Of a DNA stretch of 64,000 nt, positions 14,073-26,090 are shown one piece after another. Origin of the DNA: Eledone cirrhosa (Eukaryota); the NCBI GenBank assembly GCA_964016885.1, contig OZ024743.1, positions 177,134,001 to 177,198,000 of the forward strand, read 5' to 3'. How positions within the stretch are numbered: the stretch's first letter is position 1; the number at the start of each line of letters is the position of its first letter. Under the pieces are notes generated by a model. The model made no database searches. It had not been told where the DNA came from and saw only the letters and a list, made by a program, of their open reading frames with translations. Position numbers and translations under genes: made by a program.

Positions 14073-15741
14073 ACTAAATAGAAAGTCTGAAATATTTTCC
14101 TCTTGCCCCCACCGAATATTAAGCTCTTTCTTCTACTTTAAACCTGTTAGCTAGCACTTCCTTATTTCTCCAGTTGGGCTATCTTGTGTAACTGTCTCTG
14201 ATTGTGTGTAACTGTCTCCTATTGTTGGTCTTCTATGTATATGAGTCGGTGAGTGTATACGTATGCCTGCGGGAGGATATTGATCTGGATATTGGGGTGT
14301 ACAGGTGAGTGGGTGTGTATGTTAATAAGCACCCCTGTTTGGCACAGCGGATGTAACCCATCCACGCTCGCCTACCCACCATTGGTGCATTGGTGGGTCT
14401 ATCCTGACGTATATCTTGTGGATCTGTACCTCTGTATGCGCATGAGTTGTGATGTAATGTATCTATGTAGAGCGTGTACTGTGATATAGGCTGCACTAAT
14501 AGAAATTTAGCCTGTAACTGTGGGCGGACCTGTGCCATCCCGCCGTAAGCAGTAGATACGTGGCGCATGTACGTGTTGCCCTCATATTCTGTGGTTTAAG
14601 ATCTACAGGCTGACTTCTGGGAGCTCTTGCCCGGGGTTGTAGTCTTTCTAGCACGATCGGCCTTCCATATATTGACGGTCGTTGTTATGATCCCGAAAGT
14701 AACGTTTTGGCCCCGATAGCCCTCCGTAGTTACTAACGGTCTGTGTACACTTGAATCGGGCAATGGCACGTGCGGACATGATTATCTCCGTAGGAATTCA
14801 ACTTTATTTTACTACATCTCATCGTATGTATTTATTTTGAATGTATTATCCGTGGTGGTGGGTCTTGCCTAATGTGGTATTTCGGTGTTTAATATCAGCT
14901 TTGACCCGGGTGTCCTACGCTGTGTGTGTGTGCGTGTGTGTCTGTGTATACATTTATATGTGTATGGGTGTAGGTGGTTGTATATGTCTGTATATAAAAA
15001 AAAATATATATATACCGTCTCTGCATATGCATGTGGTGTGTATATGTGCATATACGTGCTGAACATATTGATGTGTACAATCTTGTGATGTCCCAATGCG
15101 GTGACTTCATGGCTCTTGAAGCTATTTTTTATATATCTTTTGTCTTTTTATATATCTTTTGTATGCGCTCCAACTGTGTCTGCTTGCTTTGGCTAACCCG
15201 CCTGCACCTCGCTTGCTACTGCACGTGAATTCTCCTACCTTCCTTCGATGCACCTCTGTTTGACAATTGGACTCCTGCCCGGGTGTGAACCGGTTTGTGA
15301 TTACCCCACCGCTCAACTGTCTGAATGCACACCCGTGACTTTCGAGAGAACTTTTGAGACTGCCCAACCTGGGACGCCTCCATTGCCTTGCAATGGTCAA
15401 GTGATACTGCTGACTGTGACACTTAGTGCCTTCGTGGACCCCTGATATTTTCAAGAAATATATTTAAAAAAAATGGTCAAGTGATACAGATAACTGTGAC
15501 ACTTAGTGCCTTCGTGGGCCCCTGATATATTCAAGAGATATATTCTAAAAAAATATATATCTTATCTCAATTTACTTTATTTCATTTTATTTTATTTTAT
15601 TTCATTTCATTTTATCTAATTTTATTTATTTACTTATTTAATTTCATTTATTTATTTATTTATTTATTTATTTACTTATTTATTTATTTATTTATTTATT
15701 TAAATTTAATTTTAATTTTAATTTTATTTATTTATTTAATT

Positions 15742-15789
<48 letters not shown>

Positions 15790-16328
15790 TTACATTTAAT
15801 TATATCTTATATTATATTATTTTACTTTAGTCTATTTTATTTTATTTTAGTTTACCTTATTTTATCTTATTTTATGATTATATTATATTATGTTCTATTT
15901 TATATAATTTTAATTTTAATTTTATATTATTTTATTTCATTCCTTACCCTGTATCACTATTATCTGTATATTTTATATTTTATATGTAAGTTTGTTATAT
16001 ATTTCTTTATATTTTCTTATATATATTATAAGTCTGTTTTTCACCTATTTTTTACCTACTCTTACCTAATCCTACCTATCTTATCTACTCTTGTCTGTTC
16101 TCTTATCCATGTGTATGCTTGTATGTAACTATATGTTGACAGCACCCCGCCCAACTGTGACTGATAGCACCCCTTATTTTTCATTGTTTATTTTATTATT
16201 TTATTTTTATTTTTATTTTTATTTTTATTCTTATTTTTACTTTTACTTCCTTAATATCCTTTATCTTCTATTATTTTTCATTCTTCAATGTCTTGGATTT
16301 GTTATTGCTTGTATGGTATGTAATTAAC

Positions 16329-16386
16329 CTTTATGCTCTGATGAATCCCACTTATAGTGCGGATGAAACAATGTTAGCAAGTAAAG
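16329..16386 (+). ncRNA. Minimal hammerhead ribozyme
   Basis: TGCT-CTGATGA-ATCCCAC ttata GTGcGGAT-GAAA-C aat G-TT-AGCA. Confidence 0.82.
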
Positions 16387-16418
16387 ATATGCATATGCTA
16401 TAGGCGTTCTTTGTTATT

Positions 16419-16461
<43 letters not shown>

Positions 16462-16623
16462 TATACATATATATATATATACACACAAATATACATACAC
16501 ATACACATAGGTTTGTGAAGGACAAAGCAAAAAGAATATATTCTTTCTTCCTTCTCCAGCCTCACTTTCATATAGATTGCATTTTTGTTTTTAAAATCCA
16601 AATCCAATAAACAGACCAGGATT

Positions 16624-16681
16624 TTCATTCTGAGGATTGAAAGCAAAATCTTTTGCTTTTAAGAAACTACTGGTAAATGGA
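16624..16681 (+). ncRNA. Hammerhead ribozyme (family E)
   Basis: TTCATT-CTGAGGA-12-bp stem II-GAAA-CTACTGG-TA-AATGGA; module 16510-16715 is the reverse complement of 8657-8830; partial copy at 13520-13585. Confidence 0.85.
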
Positions 16682-16772
16682 ATAATTGCCTTATGTTGTT
16701 TATTACATAACTATTAAGCTCTGTTACCTACATAGAGCACTCTTTTTTTCTGGACTTTTCCGACGGAATTAC

Positions 16773-16825
<53 letters not shown>

Positions 16826-16855
16826 AGATCAAAAGATGGTTAAAAGAGTTCCAAG

Positions 16856-16926
16856 TATTTTATTATGCACATTTCAAAAACAAATATCATCATGAGATGA
16901 TATCTGCGTTTTCATCAGATAAAATA
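16856..16926 (-). ncRNA. Hammerhead ribozyme (family A-related)
   Basis: Minus strand: TATTTTAT-CTGATGA-long stem II (GCAGATATCATC tcat GATGATATTTGT)-GAAA-TGTGCA-TA-ATAAAATA. Confidence 0.85.
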
Positions 16927-18632
16927 GGGATACATGATATGAAGGTTAAAAAACACTTGTGAATAGTGAAGTTTTAAATCAACATATGAAAAAATAATTT
17001 AAGATTGATGTGTGATATTGGGAAAAAGTGAGGGGGGGAGGTAGAATGAGTAAGGAAGAGGAGATGAGAGTAAAGAATGGTGGGGGAGGAGTATAAGAAG
17101 GAAAGATGAGAGAGGAGGAGAGATGGGTGATATATATAGAGAGAGATAGCCTTTACAACTGAGAAAAATATATATTGTCTCACAGAGAGAAGTTAAAAAG
17201 CCGTTGGAAGATAATAGATAATTTAAAAGAATTTGAAATTAAAAGTTGATGAAGAGAAAAAGGGGTTAAGAATATTATTAAATTAAGGTTTGTATATTGA
17301 AGGGTTTAATAATATGTGCGAGGAAAAGAAATTGTTAATATGTATTCTTAAAATAAAAAAAATTAATGTTATTAAGGATATAATGTGAAAAGAAGTAGAA
17401 GAGTGGATGAGTTATGAATTTAGAGGAATTAGTTAGTGTTTAAGTTTGTTTTTATATAATGTGTGCGTAATATATGTAAATAGTTTATTTAAAAATGAGC
17501 GCAGAAAGCAAAGAAGAAAAGAATGTTTAAGGAAGAAAATATCTAACATCAAAAAATATATATGTTTACGAAATATTTTCTAATGGTAATAATATAATAT
17601 ATTAAAGGAAATTAGTTAGGGTTTAAGTTTGTTTTTATGTATTGTAATATGTAATATGTAAAAGTCAAATGAGCATGAAAGGAAGAGATAAGGAATTTAA
17701 GGAAGAAAAATCTAAAGTCAAAAAAAGTTTATGTTTACGAAGGACTATTAAAGGTAATACTATAATGTATTTACAAGACAATAATAATTTTTATGGCCAA
17801 TGATATGAAGAAAGATGGAAGAGTGGATATGTTGTGGTGAGTAATAATAAGAATTGAGAAGTAGTTAGGAAGAAAAAGTACAGATTAGAGGTTAGAAATT
17901 AAAAAGAAAAGAGGAAGAAAGGAAAGTGATAAAGAGGAATGATATAGAATAAGTAACTTTTATTATATAATATATAATAAATAATATTGAAATAAGGTAG
18001 AAAGATGGGTATATTTAAAAAAAATATATATAAGCCTTTGAGAAAAAGGATTTTAAACTAGTAACGTATTAGATATTAGCTGTATACTTTATGGAATGTT
18101 CTGTGTAATTTATGCAAGCAGAGAGAAAATAAATCAGTGCGTCTATTTATTATAGAATCTAAATTAGATATAATAGTAAATTTCTCAGATAGGCAAATAT
18201 TACACGTTCTGGATAGGGAGGCATTCAAGTAGGGAGAGGCAGAACAAACTTTCCTCCAAGAGATGTTATAGTTAATATTTTTGTCTTTCAATATGAGTTC
18301 TGAGAGTGCCGTGTTGGTTCTTTTAAGTTGGTATCTAAAAGACGAATTGTGATTATAAAATCTCGCTTTGAAGGAGGTGGAAGTGGAACCGAAATAGGTA
18401 AAGGAATTGGTATCAGTTATAACCTTACATTCATAGACTAAATTTTGTTGAAGACAATGGTTATTGAGAGGACATTTAGTTTTAACAGGGCAATTACAAT
18501 TGCGATTAGAGAAATTAACAGAGTTATTAACTTTTTCCCAATATCATACATCAATCTTAAATTATTTTTTGATATGTTGATTTAAAACTTCACTATTCAC
18601 AAGTGTTTTTTAACCTTCATATCATGTATCCC

Positions 18633-18703
18633 TATTTTATCTGATGAAAACGCAGATATCATCTCATGATGATATTTGTTTTGGAAATGCGCATAATAAA
18701 ATA
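18633..18703 (+). ncRNA. Hammerhead ribozyme (family A-related)
   Basis: Inverted copy of 16856-16926; palindromic stem III ATGCGCAT. Confidence 0.85.
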
Positions 18704-18827
18704 CTTGGAACTCTTTTAACCATCTTTTGATCTTATAATATTTATACTCCAGTCCTACAAACTGTAGAGTGCTACTTATTCGATATTTGCATTGCTTTAT
18801 TGTGCTACAATAAAACTCACCTCCTAC

Positions 18828-18881
<54 letters not shown>

Positions 18882-18939
18882 CTAAACGAAAAAAAAATGA
18901 AACGAAATTTCATTTCTCATTCTTAGTACGGCTGTTAGT

Positions 18940-19420
18940 TAAATATAAGTATGTATACGTACATACATATATGTATACAGACGTACAGTAGTATGTATAT
19001 ATATACATACATGCACACACATATATATATGTACGTATGGATTTACCGAACATTTATTATAATGTTCGGTGTGTTTGTAAACAAACATCCCGAATTAGGC
19101 TGCTCAGTTGTTAATATGCATAAGGAAAGTATATACTTTCAGACGGTCAATCATCTGGCAGGAAGGTATACGGTGCTGACGATAGCTAATAAGCTTGAAA
19201 CTAGTACATCGTTCCTTTGTCAGTGTTGAACAAAAGGGCAACGATGGTTGCTAAACACTGTACGGATTAATTCGTGATGTTTGTTTACAAACACCCCGAG
19301 CATTATAATAAATGTTCGATAAATCCATACGTACATATATATATGTGTGCATGTATGTATTATATATACTACTGTACGTCTGTATACATATATGTATGTA
19401 CGTATACATACTTATATATA
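18940..19420. repeat. Imperfect inverted repeat (~170-bp arms) enclosing a 140-bp structured spacer
   Basis: ATAAGTATGTATACGTAC...GTGTTTGTAAACAAACATC pairs with GATGTTTGTTTACAAACAC...GTACGTATACATACTTAT. Confidence 0.9.
19170..19212 (+). ncRNA. Minimal hammerhead ribozyme in the spacer of the inverted repeat
   Basis: ACGGTG-CTGACGA-t-AGCT aata AGCT t-GAAA-CTAG-TA-CATCGT; palindromic ACTAGT, GUA site. Confidence 0.85.
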
Positions 19421-19421
19421 T

Positions 19422-20042
19422 ATGAAAGACGTAAAATAAGAAAATTTTAAAAATTAAAAATCAACTTACTTACTAAAATTTTCACCCCAACTAATTAGTT
19501 TCTGTAAGGGAATAAATATAGTTTTTTGTTGAGCAAAACTTGCCAAAATTTACTGCTGATTCATGGTAGTAGTAGGCTCTTGTCATAATACCACCCCGCT
19601 CCTAACTGATTAACCTCAGTGTCACGTGATTGATTCTTTAGAATCTGCCACTGACCAGATGCAGTGAATTTTTTCAGTGCTCCGGAATTTAGTCCTCGCT
19701 AGCTTTATTCCAGCCACTGAATTATTATTATTTTTATATGGGTTTCTAGTGTCCGCGCATCGCCTGGGAACTTAGCTGAGAATAGACTCCCTGATGACGT
19801 AAGGAATTCTCTATAGTTATATTATGTAACTATATTTATCCCCTTACAGAAACTAATTAGTTGGAGTGAAAATTTTAGTAAGTTGATTTTTAATTTTAAA
19901 AATTTTCTTATTTTACGTCTTTCATTTAATTGTTCTGCATCCCCCTGCATAGAACCACAAAGGTACTAAGACATAACATATATATTTGCTAGCATAGGTG
20001 AACATCTGTACACATATGTTGGTAAATGTACTAATTCTCTAT
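19422..20042 (+). mobile_element. Family B 535-bp HHR module: one unit preceded by an inverted partial copy
   Basis: Homologous to 24930-26076 and 55740-56672; 19422-19523 is the reverse complement of 19825-19925. Confidence 0.88.
19786..19867 (+). ncRNA. Hammerhead ribozyme (family B)
   Basis: ACTCC-CTGATGA-cGTAAGG..TATAGTTA/TAACTATA..CCTTACa-GAAA-CTAATTAG-TT-GGAGT. Confidence 0.88.
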
Positions 20043-20102
20043 ACTTTTAAAACTATAGGTTTGGATTTTCCATCTCATTTTAATAAATGTATAACTATAT
20101 GT

Positions 20103-20600
20103 CTTCTTCTTCTTCTTCTTCTTCTTCTTCTTCTTCTTCTTCTTCTTCTTCTTCTTCTTCTTCTTCTTCTTCTTCTTCTTCTTCTTCTTCTTCTTCTTCT
20201 TCTTCTTCTTCTTGTGGGTCCTGTCAGAAGCAACCAGCTCCAGATAATCCGACTGGATCCCCAAGCGAGACCAGCCGAGCCCATGGATGTTATCCAACCA
20301 TCCTGCTCGGGGTCTACCCCTGGGTCTCCTGCCAGTGGTTTTGCCCGCAAAATCTGTCCAGTGATTCTTTCCTGAGACATTCTATCCACATGCCTGTAGT
20401 ATCAGAGCTGTGATCTTTCAATTCGGAGAATTAACGGCTCTACCTGAAGTGACTCTTTGATCGAGCTACACACTCTATCGAGTAACGCTACCCCCAAAAC
20501 ACTTCGGAGGAATCCCATTTCGGTTGCTTGTATTCGCGATCGTATTCTTTCCCTCATTACCCAAGACATCATTTGTAAGGGTTGTCACGAATATGGATTT
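20103..20600 (-). mobile_element. RTE-type LINE 3' fragment with (GAA)n tail
   Basis: Minus-strand RPRGRPRAGWLDNIHGLGWSRLGIQ...ASDR resembles an RTE ORF2 C-terminus; tail at 20103-20213. Confidence 0.75.
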
Positions 20601-21774
20601 GTCTTTAAAATTTAAATTGCACGCCACACAAAAATATGACCTGATAGAGAAATGGTATGTACTTATTTGGAATCAGACACAAACACATACATACATACAT
20701 ACATACATACATACATACATACATACATACATACAGACAGACACACACAAACAGACAGATGCACACGCATAACACACATCATACGTACAAACACATGCAC
20801 ACAGAAACACATACATACATACATACATAATACATACACAATACATACACATAGACAGACAGAGAGACAGACAGAAAGACAGGCAGTCAGAGAGGCAGAC
20901 AGACAGGCGGGACAGGCGGGCAGAGAGAGACAGACGGACAGTCAAACATACCGAATATATCTGATTTAGATAAAACGTAATATTGATATCTAAATTAAAC
21001 ACAAAATCGCCAGCAAACTTGGGGGAAAGATGGGTCAAGGGTCAAGTGGATTAATCCATTCCAGTATTTCACTGGTACTTTATTTTATCGACCACCTGAA
21101 AGATGAAAGGAAATGGAAGTGAACTCACAATGTAAAGAGCTAGAACAAATACCGCCATGACATTTTATCCAATGGTTTCTAATTGTGATGAGCCACCATC
21201 TTTAGATAAAACATAAAATTAATTTTGAAGCTTCGTCAATCATGAGTGATTGAATTAACAATTATTGTATATAGATTACATATAGGAAGGATATTCAATA
21301 TTGATTACATATATCAAGGGTTAGCAATTATTGGATACTTATTACATATGGAAAGGATATTTTAAACCTTTTGTTTTTCATTCAAACATTGATTTTCTCC
21401 CAAGAGATAGAAATGTTGTTGAAGAAGATTGGAATTTACAAACTTGTCATTAAGATCTTCTACACCCACTTATTCCTGAGGAGGTCGTGGGAGAAGAGTT
21501 ATCAAACACCCCTTCCAGCTTGTCCATTGGTAAATATAATATATAATTATGGCAATTTATGTCATAAAAGATATAGAAAATAGCTGAAATGGTCAGTTTT
21601 ATTTGCATGGCGTACATACGTTTGGGAACGTAATAAAATAAATAATTGTTTCTCCTGTTTGGCACAAGGCCAGCAATTACCCCCAAAGAAGCTACATTTA
21701 GAAAGCAGCGAATGGAGTTAAAAATTGAATTACAAAACTTAGCCGTGATATTCACTAAACAAAATGGTCTAATA

Positions 21775-21962
21775 ATAACGGTTTCTAATTTTGGCACAAG
21801 GCCAGCAATTATCTCAGTATATTACTGGTACTTTATTTTATCGACCCCGTAAGGACGAAAGGCAAAGTTAACCTCGGCGGGATTTGAACTTAGATTATAA
21901 AAGGCCGTAACTCTATGATGCAAAGCACGGCGTCCGACCCTCTACCGATACTGTCAATCCAG
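21775..21962 (-). mobile_element. tRNA-derived SINE
   Basis: Reverse complement of 5425-5612. Confidence 0.85.
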
Positions 21963-21994
21963 AATGGTCTAATAATAACGGGGTGTATAAACCA

Positions 21995-22455
21995 TTCTTC
22001 TTCTTCTTCTTCTTCTTCTTCTTCTTCTTCTTCTTCTTCTTCTTGAGAGGATCGTGGGAGCAGAGTCCTCGAACTCTCCTTCCAGCGGGTCCTGTCAAAA
22101 GCTACCGTACCCAACTGATTCGGCTGGATCCCCAAACGAGACAAACCAAGCTCACGGATGTTATCTAACCATTTTGCTCGGTGTCTACACCTGGATCTCC
22201 TGCTGGTCGGTTTTACCCATAAAATCTTTCCAGCGATTCTTTCATGTCCGTAATATCGGAACTATGATCTCTCATTTCCGAGAAAGAAGGGGCTCTACTC
22301 GGAGTGGCTCTCTGATCTCCGCGCTACGCACTCTATCGAGTAACGTTACTCCAAAGACACTTCGGAGGAACCCCATTTCGACCGCTTATATTCGCAATCG
22401 TATTTTTTCTGTCATTACACAAGATTCATAACATAGGTAAGGTCTGGCACGAATA
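21995..22455 (-). mobile_element. RTE-type LINE 3' fragment with (GAA)n tail
   Basis: Homologous to 20103-20600. Confidence 0.75.
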
Positions 22456-22913
22456 CCTAATTGAAGATTAGCATGACATATATATTCACACATACACACA
22501 CATACATACCATCCACACACTCATGCACTCTCACGTACATACATACAAACAAACACGCACTCACACATACAGATATACACACACTCAATCTCACACAGAC
22601 ATACATGTCTCTTTTAACCAAATCCAGAAAAATAACATACAACCCCGCAACCCCACCACCCCATATGTTTATTTACAAAATTTCAACCAAATAAATTTCT
22701 GAAATATTTAGACGGTACATACGTTACCAGTAGCAAACAGAAGACTTACTTGATATAAATAATTGTAATAAAATCATTTAAAATGGGTGATTTTGTTCCA
22801 TAGAACCAGAGGCTGTTTGGGATGGCTTAGTATCTAAAAGGGTCAACATATGCTGACAAGTCTGAATAATTAATCATGAGTTTAGATGATTTTTAAAGAA
22901 ATAATTTTTGTTT

Positions 22914-23139
22914 TAATAATTACATTCGATTCGTTTGCAATTATGCAAACAAGCCTCAATTTTATAGCCATGTCAGTAGAATGAACCCTTCATTCTTGCT
23001 CTTGTGTTGGCATGTGAACAGAAATGCAGTTCTGTTTACATGCCAACACAAGAGCAAGAATGAAGGGTTCATTCTACTGACATGGCTATAAAATTGAGGC
23101 TTGTTTGCATAATTGCAAACGAATCGAATGTTATTGTTA
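22914..23139. repeat. Fold-back palindrome (~108-bp arms, 6-nt loop)
   Basis: AACAGAA-atgcag-TTCTGTT centred at 23024-23029; arms near-identical. Confidence 0.92.
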
Positions 23140-23354
23140 ATATTCGAAAAAACTCAGATTACATTTATTGTATTCAGCCTTGTAGAGCGAAAATTTTCTT
23201 TTTTAATTTTTGTTTCAATAACAAACAAATACAAAGTAAGATACTTTCTTTCATTGTTTCATCTCAATCATTATTTTAGAATAAATAAACATTAATTTCG
23301 TTTTGATGAAAAATAACACATCATTTATCAAGAATGTATTAGAAGGTATTCGTG

Positions 23355-23665
23355 CAGTGAGTGTGTGTGCGTGGTTGGATCTCCGTCGTTTCCGACGACG
23401 AGTCTTCAGTTGTTCGAACAACCTGAAGAACAGGCTCGTGAACTTAACCTGTAAGTGGCTGAGTATTCCACAAACACATGTACCTTTAATGTCGTTCTCA
23501 GGGAGATTCGACGAGACACAGTGTGTGATTAGATTGATCCTTTTAATTGCAGGTACAACTAATATTAGCCAGCTGAGATAACTGGAGCAACGTGAACTAA
23601 TGTATTTTGCTGAAGAATCTACGGCTTTACGATAGACAACATGGCATGCTAACCACTAAACTACA
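23355..23665. mobile_element. Second SINE-like interspersed family (GTGGCTGAGTATTCCACA core)
   Basis: Core recurs near 44200, 50510 and (reverse) 58240; degenerate tRNA-like end on minus strand. Confidence 0.6.
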
Positions 23666-23687
23666 TAGGTTTACTATCTTAGCAATA

Positions 23688-23868
23688 TAATTGTTTCTAC
23701 TTTTAGCACAAGGCCAGCAATTACCCAGTAGATTACTGGTACTTTATTTTATCGACCCCGTAAGGATGAAAGGCAAAGTTAACCTCGGCGGGATTTGAAC
23801 TCAGAATGGCAAGGGCCGTAACTCTATGTGTCAAAGCACGGCGTCCGACCCTCTACCGATACTGCCAA
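23688..23868 (-). mobile_element. tRNA-derived SINE
   Basis: Reverse complement of 5425-5612. Confidence 0.88.
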
Positions 23869-23954
23869 TATTACTAAGTAAGGGTTTGACGACTTGCAGC
23901 TTTTTAAATATATATTCCTGGACAGAATACTATATACAGTATATATATTGTTCA

Positions 23955-24600
<646 letters not shown>

Positions 24601-24885
24601 TGTGTGTGCGCGTGTGTGTGTGTGTATAAAACTAATATATTCATTCCATATACTGTACCGTTTGTGTTGTTATTTCTGTTTACCTTTTACATGCATCCAC
24701 ACATACACACACACACTTATACATATATATATAACGAAGGAAGTGTGGTAAGGAACCAGATGGACCATAAAGCACCAGAGTACTCAATACTTAGGGTAGT
24801 AGAGTGGGTAATATGAAAATGTCCAGAAATGTCCAGAAATAGCTGTCAAAACGGCTTGAGCTCTGCCGTTGGGGTCAAACATTTT

Positions 24886-24935
<50 letters not shown>

Positions 24936-25106
24936 ATTAGTATATCTACCAACATTTGTATACAGATGTATACCCATGCCAGCAAATATATATGTTATGT
25001 CTTAGTACCTTTGTGGTTCTATGCAGGGTATGCAGAACAATTATATGAAAGACGTAAAATAAGAAAATTTAAAAAATTAAAAATTAACTTACTTACTAAA
25101 ATTTTC

Positions 25107-25188
25107 ATTCCAACTAATTAGTTTCTGTAAGGGGATAAATATAGTTACGTAACATAACTATAGAGAATTCCTTACGTCATCAGGGAGT
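25107..25188 (-). ncRNA. Hammerhead ribozyme (family B)
   Basis: Reverse complement of the family B motif; intact core, one stem I mismatch. Confidence 0.8.
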
Positions 25189-25936
25189 CTATTCTCAGCT
25201 AAGCTCCCAGGCAATGCGCGGACACTAGGAACCCATATAAAAATAATAATTCAGTGGATGGAATAAAGATAGCGGGGACTAAATTCAAAGCACTGAAAAA
25301 ATTCACTGCCTCTTTGGTCAGTGGCAGATTCTAAAGAATCAATCACGTGACACTGAGGTTAATCAGTGAGGAGTAGGGTGGTATGACAAGAGCCTACTAC
25401 TACCATGAATCACAGCAGTAAATTTTGGCAAGTTTTACTCAACAAATAATTTGGAGATAAATATAGAGAATTAGTATATCTACCAACATTTGTATACAGA
25501 TGTATACCCATGTCAGCAAATATATATGTTATGTCTTAGTACCTTTGTGGTTCTATGCAGGGGGATGCAGAACAATTATATGAAAGACGTAAAATAAGAA
25601 AATTTTAAAAATTAAAAATTAACTTACTTACTAAAATTTATATATTTTTATCTTTATATATTTATCTCCAAATTATTTGTTGAGTAAAACTTGCCAAAAT
25701 TTACTGCTGTGATTCATGGTAGTAGTAGGTTCTTGTCATAATACAACACCACTCCTCACTGATTAACCTCAGTGTCACGTGATTGATTCTTTAGAATCTG
25801 CCACTGACCAAAGAGGCAGTGAATTTTTTCAGTGCTTTGAATTTAGTCCTCGCTAGCTTTATTCCAGCCACTGAATTATTATTTTTATATGGGTTCCTAG
25901 TGTCCGCGCATTGCCTGGGAACTTAGCTGAGAATAG

Positions 25937-26018
25937 ACTTCCAGATGACGTAAGGAATTCTCTATAGTTATGTTACGTAACTATATTTATCCCCTTACAG
26001 AAACTAATTAGTTGGAGT
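25937..26018 (+). ncRNA. Hammerhead ribozyme (family B, U4A core variant)
   Basis: ACTTC-CAGATGA-...-GAAA-CTAATTAG-TT-GGAGT. Confidence 0.65.
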
Positions 26019-26090
26019 GAAAATTTTAGTAAGTTAATTTTTAATTTTTAAAATTTTCTTATCTTACGTCTTTCATATATATATATATAA

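Larger units (their letters stand above)
16820..18830 (-). mobile_element. 5'-truncated Penelope-like element with inverted pLTR at the truncation point
   Basis: GIY-YIG remnant at 18076-18510(-) (CNCPVKTKCPLNNHC, YFGSTSTSFKARFYNH, CNICLSEK); 16820-17030 and 18535-18740 are inverted repeats; (TA)n on both sides. Confidence 0.88.
24930..26076. mobile_element. Family B HHR module: 1.3 tandem units on minus strand plus an inverted unit
   Basis: GAGAATTAGTATATCTACC at 24932 and 25466 (534-bp period); 25660-26076 is inverted. Confidence 0.9.

Noticed and set aside
23400-23432. TCTTCAG...CTGAAGA as a hammerhead
   Set aside because: The two motifs simply pair as a hairpin inside a SINE-like repeat; no GAAA or stem III
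24930-26076. Family B as the 5' pLTR of the adjacent Penelope ORF
   Set aside because: Separated by a TA tract and not similar to that element's 3' end (28118-28950)
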